IMG/VR virus record: IMGVR_UViG_3300049043_000233 | Location: 1-63,978 of that record | Length of the DNA: 63,978 nt | Strand: one strand, 5' to 3' | DNA from: a virus | Lineage: Duplodnaviria; Caudoviricetes | Notes under the pieces: model-generated | Told to the model about the DNA's origin: nothing | Databases searched by the model: none | Seen by the model: the letters and a program-made list of their open reading frames with translations, nothing else | Part shown: positions 27,588 through 40,062 of the stretch, piece by piece | Position numbering within the stretch: the first letter of the stretch is position 1 | Layout of the letters: the number at the start of each line of letters is the position of its first letter | Position numbers and translations under genes: made by a program

Positions 27588-30500
27588 ATGGCAGCCGAAA
27601 GCGCAGAACTTCAGCTAAGGGTAAGTCTTGACCTTACAACACTGCGTCGTCAACTTGCCGGCATTGGCACCGAACTGAGCGGGCAAGGCCTTAATCTGCC
27701 TATTGGGTTTGACAGAAAAAGTATTAGTTCTGAATTTCAACGACTCCGCACGTATGTAGGCAATAAAAAATTCAACATTGAAATCAATACAAATTTAAGC
27801 GGTGAAATTGATAAGGCTAAAAATCTAGCCGAAGCAATCAATCAACTTTCAAAAGCTACGCGGGGATTATCTGGTATCAGCAGTGCCGCTGGACCACAGG
27901 GGTTGCGTGGCCTGATTCTTGATGAAAATACCTCACGCAAACAACTTCAAGCACTATACAAATTTGCGCGAGCAGCAAACCTTCCTTTTCAGGAATTAGC
28001 GCGAGGAGCAGCTTCGTCTACCGAAGATTTGAAGCGAGTTTTATTTGCCGGTTTTGGTTCTATTGGTGATGATGCAAAGGCGGGGATTTCCAATGCCCTC
28101 AAAGATGCCGATAGCACGCTGGCTAAACTTGGCCGCGATATGGGAGAGGCATTACTTGGAGGTCTTAGGACTGATCTCGGCATTGCTTCGCCATCAAAAG
28201 AAACTGCAAAATTAGGCAAATTTGCTGCCGAAGGTTTCGAAAAAGGCTTTATAGCCGGCATGATCAAAGCCGAACGCACTATTGCCAGAGCAGTAAGCAA
28301 TGCAGTGATTGGCGCTATTTATGAGGGTTTGACTACTGCTGGCAACATCGCTCCGGCGTTTGCTCCACTAGAACGAGCTCTGGCAGCGCAGATTAGACAG
28401 TCATTCCAACGCGCAATGCACGACGGCATAAAGGGATCAATCTTGCCCGGTGCTCAAGGTGGATTGCTTGGATTGCTTGGTGGCGGGGCGACTGGTGCAG
28501 CCATTGGCGGAGCACGCGCACTTGGAGGGGCGGCGACCGCTGGCCTATCCAGTCTGGCAGGTGGTGGTAGGTTTGAGATGGCCAAGCAACTAGGGCGTCT
28601 AACCATTGGCGATACCTCTGGTTTGACCAACTTTGTGCAAGATGCCACCGCTCAGGCGATGCACCAAGCATTTAGCACGGGCACATTAGGGGCATTGATT
28701 GGCGCTGCTGCAGTGGGCGGAGTGGCTGGTTCTTCCGGCTTTGTCCGAGGGGCCATTGGCTCTTTAACGCGCCAGATTCTTGAAGGCATTGCCGACAGGA
28801 TTCTAGCTGGCATCGCTTCAATTACTAGCGGCGATATTGGCCCCGCAATGGGGCGATTATCACAGGCAATTATCAACGTATTGGTCAGAGACCTGGAAAG
28901 ACGTGTTCAGTCAATGAACATTTCTTTCCCATCGATGCTTCCCGCCCTGCCTCCGGCTTATAGAGGGCTCCCTCAAGCCGGCGGCAATGCCTTTGGCGCT
29001 CTGCCCCCGGCATATCGAGGACTTCCGGGAAGAACCACTTCTGCGTTGCCTCCAGCTTACAGAGGTTTGCCGATGGGAGGGTTTGATTTTGCGGCAATGG
29101 GTGCAATGCCGCAAGGTGGCACAGGCGATAATCAAGGAGGTAAAATCGTCTCCCTTCAAAGTGGATTTATTGTTTCCATGCGCGAGCGTTTTGCTCGTGC
29201 TGCGGAACGCTATTTATTTGGCATTGAAACACAAGTAGTTGACTTGTTTGATTCAGCAGAAGCTGCTGTGCGTGTAAAGATAGATCAGGCTATGGCTCGC
29301 CTTGAATCGCAAATCAGGGCAGGTATGGCGCAAAAAGTTTCCGTGCGCGATTTGGGTAATGTTGTCCAGCCTGCCCTGCCTGGTGCTGTCCCGAAACGTC
29401 AACTAGCACTTCCCGCTGCGGGAGGAACGGGGGAGGTGGAAAGATGCCACCCGCAGGAGGAGGATTTGTTCCGCCCGATGGTTTTCCTGTCGAAGGCATG
29501 CTTGCTCCTAGCCGCCCATATAGACCGGCCCAAACAGAATTGGGCACAGGTTATTTTGCGGCGGGAAAGGCAATCAAGTCTTTTGGGGAAGAATATAATA
29601 AAATTAGGGGTTTTTTGAATCAAAATAAACTTCCGCTGGGAGGCGCCATTGCGGAGGTTGGGGATGAGTTTGGGGTGGCACTAAAGCAGGTTTTCTTGTA
29701 TGGTGCTGCTTACAAAGCGTTGGCTTTCTTTACTGATCTACCAAATCAAGCTTTTGACGCCGCAAAGGCATTAGCCACGTATCAGAATCAACTTAAAGCA
29801 GTTACTAGTGCTACAGGCACTTTTGAGCAATCTACCGCTTTTGTTGAAAATTTGGCTCAGCGTTTTAACGTGCCCCTCGAAAGTGCGCGTCAAGGCTTTG
29901 TCAAACTATATGCTTCAATGGAGCCCGCTGGATTTAGCCAGCAAGAAATCGAAGGATTGTTTACAGGAATTTCCAAGGCAACGGCTGCTTTTGGTCTAAG
30001 CGCAGATCAGGTGGATCGGGTTAATTATGCTTTTGCGCAAATGGCTAGCAAAGGCCAAATCATGGCCGAGGAAGTCAAGGGGCAACTTGGTGACGTGCTT
30101 CCGGGAGCCTTGGCATTGTTTGCCAAGGCTGCCCAAATGAGCATCCCAGAATTTTCCAAGGCGATGGAAGATGGGGCCTTCAAGGCGCAAGCAATGCAAC
30201 AGGTGTTGGGAAATGTCGCAATTTTAATGAACAATAAATTCGGCCCTGCCGCGCAATTGGCCTCCAAAACCCTGCAGGGTGCGTTGAATGAAATACAAAA
30301 TAATTTGAAATTGATGTACGAAAGCTTTACTCCTATTGTGAATGGTTTTGCTTCTGCATTTGGCCCGGCCGCAAATAGTTTGATCAAAGATATTACCACT
30401 ACCATCAAGGTTCTCACTGGCTCTTTTGTCAAGGGTGGCGACGGCCTCGCAACACTTTCTCCGCGAGCTCTGGCTTTTTATGGCATCATTCAACAACTAA

Positions 30501-33500
30501 AACCAGCAATTCAAGCTGCGGCAATTTCAATAGGCAATTTGGCATCAACATTTGCACAGCTTGCCCCGCTAATTTTTACTACCATTGAAGCCGTCTTGAG
30601 ATTTATCGCTTCCCCCTGGGTCGCTTTGCAATTATTGCGACTGCGGCTATTACTGCATTAAATGGTGCCATTACGCTGCTCACCAACGTTGGTCTTTTGC
30701 CAGCGTTAAGTGCTGTTTACAAATTTATCGGTAGCCTCATGGCGATTCCTGCTGCTTCTGGTATCGCTCGACTTGCCTTGGTTGGCCTCAAACTTGCCAT
30801 AACTGGACTATTTGTTGGAGCGATACTCATTGGCCTTGATTTTGTCATTGGAAAGATTTTTGGGATCGGGGAAGCCGCCAACGAAGCGAAGGGTAAAACG
30901 AGAGAATTGGCTTACACCTTAAACGAAATGGCAAACCTCGGGGATATTCCGGGATTGGCCCGTAAAAGGCAAGAAGCGGAGAATGAGGTAATTATTGCCG
31001 AAAGATTGCTGCAGACTTACCAAAAAATGCAGAAGGTTGGTGCGATGATGGGCTGGCAGTCTCTGACCCAACAAGAAAAACAATTTCTCAAAGAGTTTGG
31101 GGCCAAGGATATTGTTGGACAAGCTCGAGGAATTACGCCGGAAGCAGGTGTTGCGTTTGCGGAAAACAAGCTTACTGCGGCCATGGAGAAGAGAGGTCTT
31201 GCGCAAAAAGCCCTGGAAGCGGCGCAGCGAGCGTCCGATCGTGAACGTCAAAAATCAGAACAACAATTACAAAAAATTACCTTTTCGGGTGAAGACCAAA
31301 AGAAAAAATCTCTTGAAAGCTATTACAGCCTTCAGGATCAACTTGCCAAGAATTTTACCCAAGCAGAGATTGAGCGCATTGAAGGTTCTCATGAGCACAG
31401 GGTGAAAATGATGAATCTTTTCTATGACTTGGAAGAGGCTCGGGCAAATAGTTTTCAAAAGGAAACCATTCGTTTCCATAAAGAAGTGTTTAACATCTTG
31501 GCTGATCAAAACTCAATGATGCTGAAGGCTTCCAGTCGAGTTATGGAAGCACGTGGCAGCGTTTCCGGGGCGTATTTGCAAGGAAATATTGGCCCCACCA
31601 GTACCGGCCCCCATTTTGACGTGAAAAAAGTTGGTGGAGGATACTTTCCAAGAAATTATCTTGATCCCTACGTGCAAGTTAACGGACGACCACTTTCCAG
31701 TGGCACGACGGTGCCAGGAGGCACTTTTGCTGGCCATCAGAGGAGAGGTAGCCATGGGTGGGACTATGCATTTGGCGAGGGGCGCTTTGCGGCCACCCTG
31801 GCCGGTGGTGCTCAATGGATGGAAGGCTCCAAAACTGCGCATGGCGAACAGCGACGATTCAAGCTTCCGTCTGGCGAAGAGTTTCAATTTCTTCATGGGC
31901 GTTCGGAAGGCATTGGAGCAGGTGCCCCCAGGCGCGTACCCGGCAGCGAAAAGCGTGATGTTATTGCACAACAAAAAGAACAACTTGCGCTTCAAAGTCA
32001 AATTAACGTAGGCAGGCAGCAGGAGGCGCAAACGATTGAGCGCCTTAAATTGGCCATTGAAAATTATGTGGCCTCTTTAGTGCCAACTGCCGAGCAAGAG
32101 CTACAAAATCAAATTTTGCAAAAGCGACTTGAGCTAACCTCTTCCATTGCCTCCCCTGAAATTCTTGCGGCGCAAACCAGTTACGCTGAGCAGGAAATGA
32201 AAATTGCAACCGCTATTGAGCTTAACAATCAGAGGATCGCTAAACTTTCAACGGAAGTTGACAAGAATGGAAACCTCTATCCAAGTGCGGCGCAAAAAAT
32301 TGCAGTTTTCAGTAAGGCAAATGTTGATCTTCAGCGGTCTCTTCCTGCTTCGCAAATTCAACTTTTAACCAACGAAATACTAAAGCAGTCACTCGCCCTG
32401 AAGGAAAGACTGCAATCCTCCCAGCGAGACGCGGAAGATAGAAGAAAGCTTAACCAGCTAATTATTGGAGGACTCTCGGAAGAGGCGGCTCAGGCAAAAA
32501 TCACGGCCGATCGATTAAGAGAAGACTACGCGACAGCTTTAGGAATTGCCAATGAAGTGGTCAAAAAATACTCTGATGAGCTTGAGATTTTGAATTTGCG
32601 AAAAGCGCAGGGTATTGCATTGACAAAAGGAGAAACAGACGAATACAATCGCCTCAGTGAAATTCTCGGGAAAGCCTTGCGGGCTCGGCAAGACTTGCAA
32701 GGGAAGGGGCCGGGAATCGCAAGCACGGCTCAAGGCATAGAACAGGTAGCAAAACCAAAGCCTGGGGATGCGATTGCCCAGGGTATTGCAGATGCTCAGA
32801 AAAAATTAAATGACCTGACGAATGTAGAAAAGCAAGTGGTTGCTGGAGCCAATGCCATTGGCGGAGCTTTTGGTCAAGCATTTAAGGACATCGCTAGTGG
32901 TTCAAAAACCGTGCAAGAATCCCTCGCCTCGATGTTCCAGAGCATTGCTGATCATTTCATTGACATGGCCGCGCAAATTATCACGCAAATGCTGGTTATG
33001 TACACGCTTAAGGCAGTTCTTGGCCTCTTTGGCGCTGTCGGTGGTCTTGGCTCGTTAGGAGGGGGTGGCGGTTTTGGCGATTTTACGGGTGGTTCGTTCT
33101 CCGCCGGAACCATGACCGTTCCTGGACTGGAAGGGGCTGGCGCACTCTCGGGAATATCCCCATTTAGTTATGCCGGTGTTAAGTTTGCCGACGGTGGCTT
33201 CGTTACCGGCCCAACGCAAGCACTAATTGGCGAAGGTGGTCAGCCCGAATACATCATCCCCGCCAGCAAAATGCAAGCCGCCATGTCGCGCTATTCTGCT
33301 GGTGCTCGCGGGGCCGCCGTCATCCCAGGCGGTGGAGAAAGCAATGGAGGGCCAACGAGCGGGCTTCCCCTTGATGCCTCCTCCATTGACATTCGTTATA
33401 GCGTGGAGCGCATCAACAGCGTTGATTATGTGACCGCAGACCAGTTCCAGCGTGGCATGGCCCAAGCTGCCCAGCAAGGCGCTCAGCAAGGCGAACAGCG

Positions 33501-33558
33501 CACACTCCGCCGCCTGCAGCAATCGCGCTCCACCCGTAGCCGCCTTGGCATGAGCTAA
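27588..33558 (+). CDS. Tape measure protein (split by indels near 29435 and 30615) with internal M23-like domain
   Basis: LGIASPSK, tape-measure domain AFAQMASKGQIMAEEVKGQLGD, C-terminal FADGGFVTGPTQALIGEGGQPEYIIP. Three consecutive ORFs. Confidence 0.88.
28947..29072 (+). repeat. Three LPPAYRGLP peptide repeats in the tape measure
   Basis: Identical 9-mer peptide with synonymously diverged DNA. Confidence 0.85.
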
Positions 33559-34046
33559 TGGACACTAGCTTCCGCTCCGAGATTGCCCTCGGCCACATGC
33601 TCACCTTCAAGCCACGCACAGACGGTGCTGCGCCGCTGTATTTCCAGAACTTCTGGATGAACGAAAACGTAAGTTACAACGGCAACAGTCACGGCTTCCT
33701 GCCTTTTGGCTTCTCTGGCATGACGGTCAACCGCAGCGGCGACAACCAGTCCACGCAACTTGGACTACCAAACAACTCACTCAGCCGGAGTTGGTCGTCC
33801 ACGATCGTCGAGGGCGCCTGGGTGGTGCTAGTGGACATGCTCATGCTCAACCCTGACAACAAGGCCGACTACCGCCTGCTCAGCTCCTACGCCGGGCAGG
33901 TGTCTGGCGCCATTTGGAGCGACAGTGATCTGCGCCTGGAGGTGTCGTCTGTGCTGGATGCCGTAGGGGGTGACGTGCCACGCCGCCGTATCACGGAGGA
34001 TGTTTTCGGGCCGCTGCCAACAACAGCGCAAGTCCGTCTGGGGTGA
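33558..34046 (+). CDS. Minor tail protein (gpL/DUF1833-like)
   Basis: FLPFGFSG...LDAVGGDVPRR, directly after the tape measure. Confidence 0.6.
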   Translation: MDTSFRSEIALGHMLTFKPRTDGAAPLYFQNFWMNENVSYNGNSHGFLPFGFSGMTVNRSGDNQSTQLGLPNNSLSRSWSSTIVEGAWVVLVDMLMLNPDNKADYRLLSSYAGQVSGAIWSDSDLRLEVSSVLDAVGGDVPRRRITEDVFGPLPTTAQVRLG

Positions 34047-34426
34047 TGTACGACCTCATCGGACGGCCGTACAGGCTAGGCGCTGACGGCACCGACGCCG
34101 ATGGTGCGCTCGACTGCATCCACCTCGTTTATGCCGTGCTGGAGCGCCTCTCCATTGCCACACCAGCATTTAACCCGGCCTGGTACGACGGTAGTCCTCG
34201 TCTTGTGTTGACGGCGCTTGCCAAATGGGGCCACCGCATCAAGGAGCCAGCGTATAATGGGGATGTGGTCCTTGTATCACAACAGAATTACGCTTTTGGT
34301 GTGGCTTGGCAGGACGGCATTTTACTGACGGCAGCAATGGTCAACCGCGTGGAATGGCGCCCATTTCGAGCCATACCAGTTTGCCGCTGCTATCGCAGCA
34401 ACTGCTTCCCTATGAGCACGACCTAA
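34043..34426 (+). CDS. NlpC/P60-like tail assembly protein (gpK-like)
   Basis: LIGRPYRLG...LDCIHLV. The catalytic His position appears replaced (YAFGV). Confidence 0.65.
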   Translation: MMYDLIGRPYRLGADGTDADGALDCIHLVYAVLERLSIATPAFNPAWYDGSPRLVLTALAKWGHRIKEPAYNGDVVLVSQQNYAFGVAWQDGILLTAAMVNRVEWRPFRAIPVCRCYRSNCFPMSTT

Positions 34427-37400
34427 TCGCCCAACTGGGCTGTAGCAAAGAAGAATATCTTCAATTTAAGGAGCAGATTGCTTGGCTCAGCCGCGAACGC
34501 CCGGCCGAGTATGCGCACATTCCAGACGTACAGAACGAGACTACAGCAATCGTCTTGTTTATTGTCGGGCTTGTTTTGCAAGGCGCTTCATATTTGCTTG
34601 CCCCAAAACCGCCAGCGGCTCAAAAGCAAATTGAAAACCGCAGCCTTGACAGCATCGTCGGCCGGGATCGCTTTGCCCCCACCTACGGCTTTCAAAGCAA
34701 CCAAGAACTAACGCGCTACGGCGAAACGATTCCCATTGTCTTCGCCCGGCAGCGATACCTCCAACTGCCGCCCAACCGCAGCGACTTTTCCTACGTCGGC
34801 GGCATCATGATCAGCCCCAAGCTGGTCTGGAGCCGCATGTACTCATGGGGCGGCTACCAAGCTGTCGAACTGGTGTTTGCAGTGGGGCAATCGCCCATTT
34901 CACGAGGCCCGTACGACTCAGAAGCCGCACGCAACGAGGACCGCGCTGGCATCTACCTTGGCCAGTCCCCCCTCGACACGCTGCAAGAGTCTGATTTTCG
35001 CTGGTACTACTACTCAGGCGGTGAGCCTGTACCAGGCGGCTCCATCTATCGCCCCACCACCTACGACAACAACCCCAATACCACGGGCGAGAGTCGTCTA
35101 CTGGGCCGCCACAATCGCTACGGCACCTTTTGGATTGGCGAGGCCGCCACTGACGATGCCTTCCGCATCCACGCATCCAGCGGCTCCGAAAGCGCAGGCT
35201 TCAGCCATAGTTATTCGCTCACCAACCGCGCCACCTTCGGCGTATACAACGGTTTGCCCAACGGCACGCCTTACCGCTTGAACTGGGAAGATCGTCCCCT
35301 ACCCCTGGCGCATCCTCTGAGCAAGCTGGCCAAGCGCCATACGGCCAAACGATTCCAGATTGCAGGCAACCCCAAGATGGCTGGCGTGGGACGCAACTAC
35401 GCCCGGCAGTTTGGCATTATCGCGTTCAATGGGCAAGAAATTGCACCAGCAGATCGTAACCACGGCGTCAAGGCAGACGTGCGTGTTGGAGACAAAATCA
35501 CAATCATCTACAACGAAGGCCGCGTTCGAGACGAACTATATTACGACATCAACAATCCAGATATTGTCAGAAACAGAAAAGACGGCTATGCCAACCCCGA
35601 TGTCAATTCTCTCGACAACAAACAAATCCGCGATGCCATTCAGGCGGAGCACGAGCAACAAGACGACTTGCTAAAAGTTGGCACCAAATGGATGATTGGC
35701 AACTGCATCTTCCAAGTGGAATCAAGGAGCCCAGCAAATGCCGTTTACGATCGCCTAGATACAGACGCACGTAATGTAATTCTTGTGTGCAAAGAAGTGT
35801 TTGATGGCGACGTTGGCAAAGTTGGAGTTTGCCACCGAGGTTTTATCAACACCGACACTAATTTGCCAGAAGGTCCAGAAGGACGCATTTACGACATCGG
35901 CCAGTCCTGGTTCCCCGTCTGCAAAGCAGACATTGCCTCATTCCAGAACAGCAGAAGCTGCAACGTAACGGAAATCGGCATCAAGAGCAACGTCTGGAAC
36001 AAACTCAACGGCATCTGCAACTTTAAGTCGGTGCCGTCAGTTGAAAAACTGCGGGCATACGACGTTCAAAACATTGCCCTAACTGCCGGAACGAACCAGT
36101 CTTACATTCAGCGAGCTTCATTCTTCGACGTATATGTCAGGCCAGCAAATCAATCGTATGCCTTCAACTCGGGCTGGGAAAAACTCAACGACTTTCCCAT
36201 TGCCATTGTTGGCTCCGCCCCGCAGGATCAGTTCAACTCAATTCGCATTGCCCATACATTTGGCCAGTACGAGTTTCGTCTGCGCCCCATCACTTCTGGC
36301 GAGCTGAACCACGTGCGGAATGACGATGGCGCCTATACCACGGCGGTCATCAATGGGAAGTCTGTGCTTGGCCCTTGCTACAGACTTTACACGGAAGGTG
36401 CCATTGCTCCAGACAAAACTGAATACATTTCCTATGTAAAGGCAACCAAGTATGGCGCCTTCACTTTGTTCATGATGGCAAAAGCAGAGAGCCTTAGGAA
36501 TCTCGCTCTGGCGCCAGAAATGATTCAGCAACCCCAGCACTTCGGGCTCCATCACAGTTTCCACACCGGCTCCATCTCGCGTGAAGTTCTTGAGAGCCGT
36601 CGCCTCTGATGCTCCTGATGTTAGTGCCACTCCATTCAGAATTCAGTAACGGCATCACAAAAACAATCGACAAAGATCCAGACCCCCGTGGCGCAGAACA
36701 CGACCGTTTTTACAACGTTCCAACAACGCCTTACTTCCCCATTAATGTAGGAGACACATATACCTTTTCGGATGCAGATAGCACCGCCCTTAGCTACAAC
36801 CAAGGTGGACGAATTGTCCGTTTGAAAATGAAACTGCGTGTATTCAATACCCCTGAAACATACAATCCTCCAGCCAACTATCTAAGCTATTGGTGGGAAA
36901 TCCTAGAGCCAGACAACATTGAAATCTTGCAACTTACCGGCTCGTGGAATGGTGGCGATACGTTTGCAATCCGTGGAACATTGCGCAATCAAAAGCCAAT
37001 TGATTATTTATTCGAGATTGTTCCGCCAGTTCCAATCACAATTAACCAAACACTGACTGGCGATCGCGTGTTTGAAGGCAACGTTGGCATTGCCGAGGTG
37101 TCGCACTATGGCTCGCTCATCTCGCGCAGTTGTGACAATGGGCCAGAGCATGAGATTGTCTATATCAACGAAGCAGTGGCGGTGCGCAATAACACGCCCG
37201 CAAGCTACACCGGCTGCGCCATGGCTGGCCTCAAGCTCCGCAGCACGCCCGAACTAAACCAGCTCGAACAGCTCCATATCTACGCCAAGTACGGCATGGC
37301 CGTAGTAAACCTACGCCGCACATCTGCGGGCAATGTCATTGAAACGGGGCCAGACTCATCCAATATCTTCACCGATCTTGCCTACTACCTGCTCACTAAC

Positions 37401-38391
37401 ACGCAAACAGGCGCCGGTAGCCTCGTCAGCGACTCCCTGATTGACAAGGCTCAATTTGCCCGCACTGGTTCATTCCTGAGAAGCCAATTTCCTGTTCTTT
37501 GATGATGTCATCACAGAACCACAAAACCTGCGCGAATACCTAGCCCGCATCAGCACATCTCTCCTCTGCAATCTCGTCATGCGCGGCGGCAAGTTTTCAA
37601 TTGAACCAGCCCTTCCCATTGACCCATCCCGCAACTACACCATGTTTGACGTGCCGGTGCCAATCTCCGGCATCTTCACCGAGGGCAACATCATTGAAGA
37701 TTCGTTCCAGTTGGAATATGTGCCCGCGCAGGAGCGACTGCCCATTCGAGCAGCAGTGCGCTATCGCACGGAACTGCCCAACCGCTTCCCGCAAGAGCAA
37801 ACCACAGTCGTCTATTACACCGACCAGCCCAACGGCCCGCTGGAAGATTTCAATTTCACCCACATCACCAGCCGTTACCACGCCGAACTGTTCGCCAAAT
37901 ACGCCCTGAGTGCCCGCCGCAACCGCACCCACGCCGTCACCTTCCAGACCTTGCCCTACGGCCTGTCGCTGGCACCTGGTGACTTCATCCGCGTGGTCAC
38001 GCAATCTGGCTACTACGAGCCCGGCAGTTCAGGCATCATTAAAAACGATGGAGCCATCATCACGCCCGCCACGCTCACCAACGGCCAGTCGCTGCAGGTG
38101 TACTTCTGGGACCGCAGCGACAATCAAGTGAATGAGAGTTCGATCACTGTCACGCTGCGCGACGGTCAACCTTTTGCAGACAAACTATTTGGCTCCATCT
38201 TTGCCATCAGAAATACAACCACGCGCAATCTTGTGTATATGGTTGACTCTATTGACCTTGACGAAGATGGCTTGGCTCGCATTACTGCCAGCTACTTCCC
38301 CGTGGATAGCAATGGGTACAGCGTTGTCGCTAATGAGCTAAAACCTTCTTACAATGGATTTACGGTGGTAAGTGACCTGTCGCCGGATTGA
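34354..38391 (+). CDS. Central tail tip / host-specificity protein (gpJ-like), split by indels
   Basis: YGETIPIVF, GQYEFRLRP, SNIFTDLAYYLL, IFTEGNIIEDSF, LAPGDFIRV. ORFs 34306-36609, 36609-37502 and 37579-38391 join up. Confidence 0.8.
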
Positions 38392-38768
38392 TGACGCTTC
38401 CCAACCTCCGACCATCAAGCCGCACCTTCACGCCTGGTGACTACCCGGTGAAACTGTTCCGCAGCCAAAACGGCGCCGAGGCCCGCATCCTCTACGGCAA
38501 CAAGCGCATTGGCGGCACCCTCGAACTCACCTACCAAAACATCAGCGACTCCGACGCCGACTCGTTCCTTTCTGGTTACGACACCGCCAAAGGCACCTTC
38601 GCCTCGTTTGATCTGCCCGAAAACGCTCGTGCTGGCTGGACCGGCAGCTCTTCGTTTTTTGTGCCACAGGCAGGGCTGCGTTATCGTTATGCAGAGAGCC
38701 CCGACATTGCCAGCGTCAAGCCAGGTAGAAGCACCGTCACCGTTCGCCTCATCGTCACCACGTCATGA
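38388..38768 (+). CDS. Minor tail protein (distal-tail/gpM-like)
   Basis: LELTYQNI...GTFASFDLP...YRYAESP. Confidence 0.6.
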   Translation: MMTLPNLRPSSRTFTPGDYPVKLFRSQNGAEARILYGNKRIGGTLELTYQNISDSDADSFLSGYDTAKGTFASFDLPENARAGWTGSSSFFVPQAGLRYRYAESPDIASVKPGRSTVTVRLIVTTS

Positions 38769-39175
38769 GCAAGTTCTACACCGGCAAAGACGGCACACTC
38801 AGCATTGCTGGAGCCAGCCAAGTAAAGGTGACCACCTGGTCACTGCAAGCCGACTTGGACATGCTCGAAACCACCACGCTTGGTGACGACAACCGCAGCT
38901 ATACGCCTGGCATCCGTGCATTCAGTGGATCAGCCACGCTGTTGTATTACGCCGACGATGCAGGCCGCAACGATGCCGCCACGCAAGTGCAGCGCGTCAT
39001 CAGCACTGGCGCCCCCAGCACTTCCCCCATTGCTCTTGTTCTTGGCCTTGCGGGCAAAACCGTATCCCTTAATGCCTTTATCACCAGCGCATCGTATGGC
39101 GCAAGCGTGGGCGAAGTGGTAAGCGCCCAGATTAGCTTCCAAGGCACTGGCGCATTGACGGGAGTGGCCTTGTAA
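38765..39175 (+). CDS. Tail-tube-fold minor tail protein
   Basis: TGKDG...WSL...LETTTLGD..RSYTPG...SGS...ISFQGTG. Confidence 0.6.
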   Translation: MSKFYTGKDGTLSIAGASQVKVTTWSLQADLDMLETTTLGDDNRSYTPGIRAFSGSATLLYYADDAGRNDAATQVQRVISTGAPSTSPIALVLGLAGKTVSLNAFITSASYGASVGEVVSAQISFQGTGALTGVAL

Positions 39176-40059
39176 TGTCCACCTACCTCGGCGCCTACGG
39201 CCGCGTGGCGCTCCGCCGCAAAAGCACCGCAGGCGAATACCAATCCACCATCAACCCCAGCGATGTCAACGCCACTCGCCGCCGGTTCAGTTTTGACTTC
39301 GAGCCTGGGTTTCTGATTAGTGGCGATCAAGTGGAGATTGCCAGCACCAACGGCGCGGTGCTGGATTTTGTTGGCACCGATGGATGGGCCAATGGCACCA
39401 AGCAAAAAGCAGGCAAGTGGTTTGTCTTCGTTGACGACCTTGGCGGCATCAGGCTTTACAGCACCTTCACAGCTTCCCTCGATGGTGAAGTGAATACAGC
39501 CATCACGCTTTCCTCCATCGCCACTGCCATTCCCATTCGCGTGAAGGTGGAAAATGCCAGCTTCCGCTTGCTTGGAGCTGTCAGCTCTTACGAGATCAAC
39601 ACCAACCGTGAAGTGATTGACGTGACGGCGCTGTCGGAAGAGTTCCGCACGCAGTACAGCAGCCTCATGTCCGGCTCGGGCCGTCTTTCCTGCCACTGGG
39701 ACTACCTCGACTCCACCGTCGAAACCGGCAATTATCTGCTCCAACTGATCCTGCGCACGGAAGTGGGCAGCGAGTTTGACGCAGAACTATTCGTCAAAAC
39801 GGAAAACTATTCACCAACGGGCCAACAAAACGAACTGAACGATAAAATCTACTACAGTATTAGTGGTGTCATTACAAATGCAGCAGTTGCATTTCAGCCT
39901 GGCACGATCGTCGAGGTGACGGCAGACTTCATCACCACCGGCCCCATCCACCTCCGCACTGGCGTTGGAGCACTCAGCTACCTGCTGCAGGAGAACGGCG
40001 ATAGACTGAAACTAGAGCAAGATGCCAGCTCGTATTTGCTTCTGGAGCAGGAGGCTTAA
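39175..40059 (+). CDS. Minor tail protein with C-terminal tail-tube-like domain
   Basis: YEINTNREVIDVTALSEEFR...SGSG...FITTGPI. Confidence 0.6.
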   Translation: MSTYLGAYGRVALRRKSTAGEYQSTINPSDVNATRRRFSFDFEPGFLISGDQVEIASTNGAVLDFVGTDGWANGTKQKAGKWFVFVDDLGGIRLYSTFTASLDGEVNTAITLSSIATAIPIRVKVENASFRLLGAVSSYEINTNREVIDVTALSEEFRTQYSSLMSGSGRLSCHWDYLDSTVETGNYLLQLILRTEVGSEFDAELFVKTENYSPTGQQNELNDKIYYSISGVITNAAVAFQPGTIVEVTADFITTGPIHLRTGVGALSYLLQENGDRLKLEQDASSYLLLEQEA

Positions 40060-40062
40060 CCC

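Noticed and set aside
27588-38391. Split tape measure and tail tip genes as separate genes or programmed frameshifts
   Set aside because: The breaks fall in or near homopolymer runs in essential genes, as in nrdB, DUF3310, Sak and the primase. Sequencing error is the simpler explanation.
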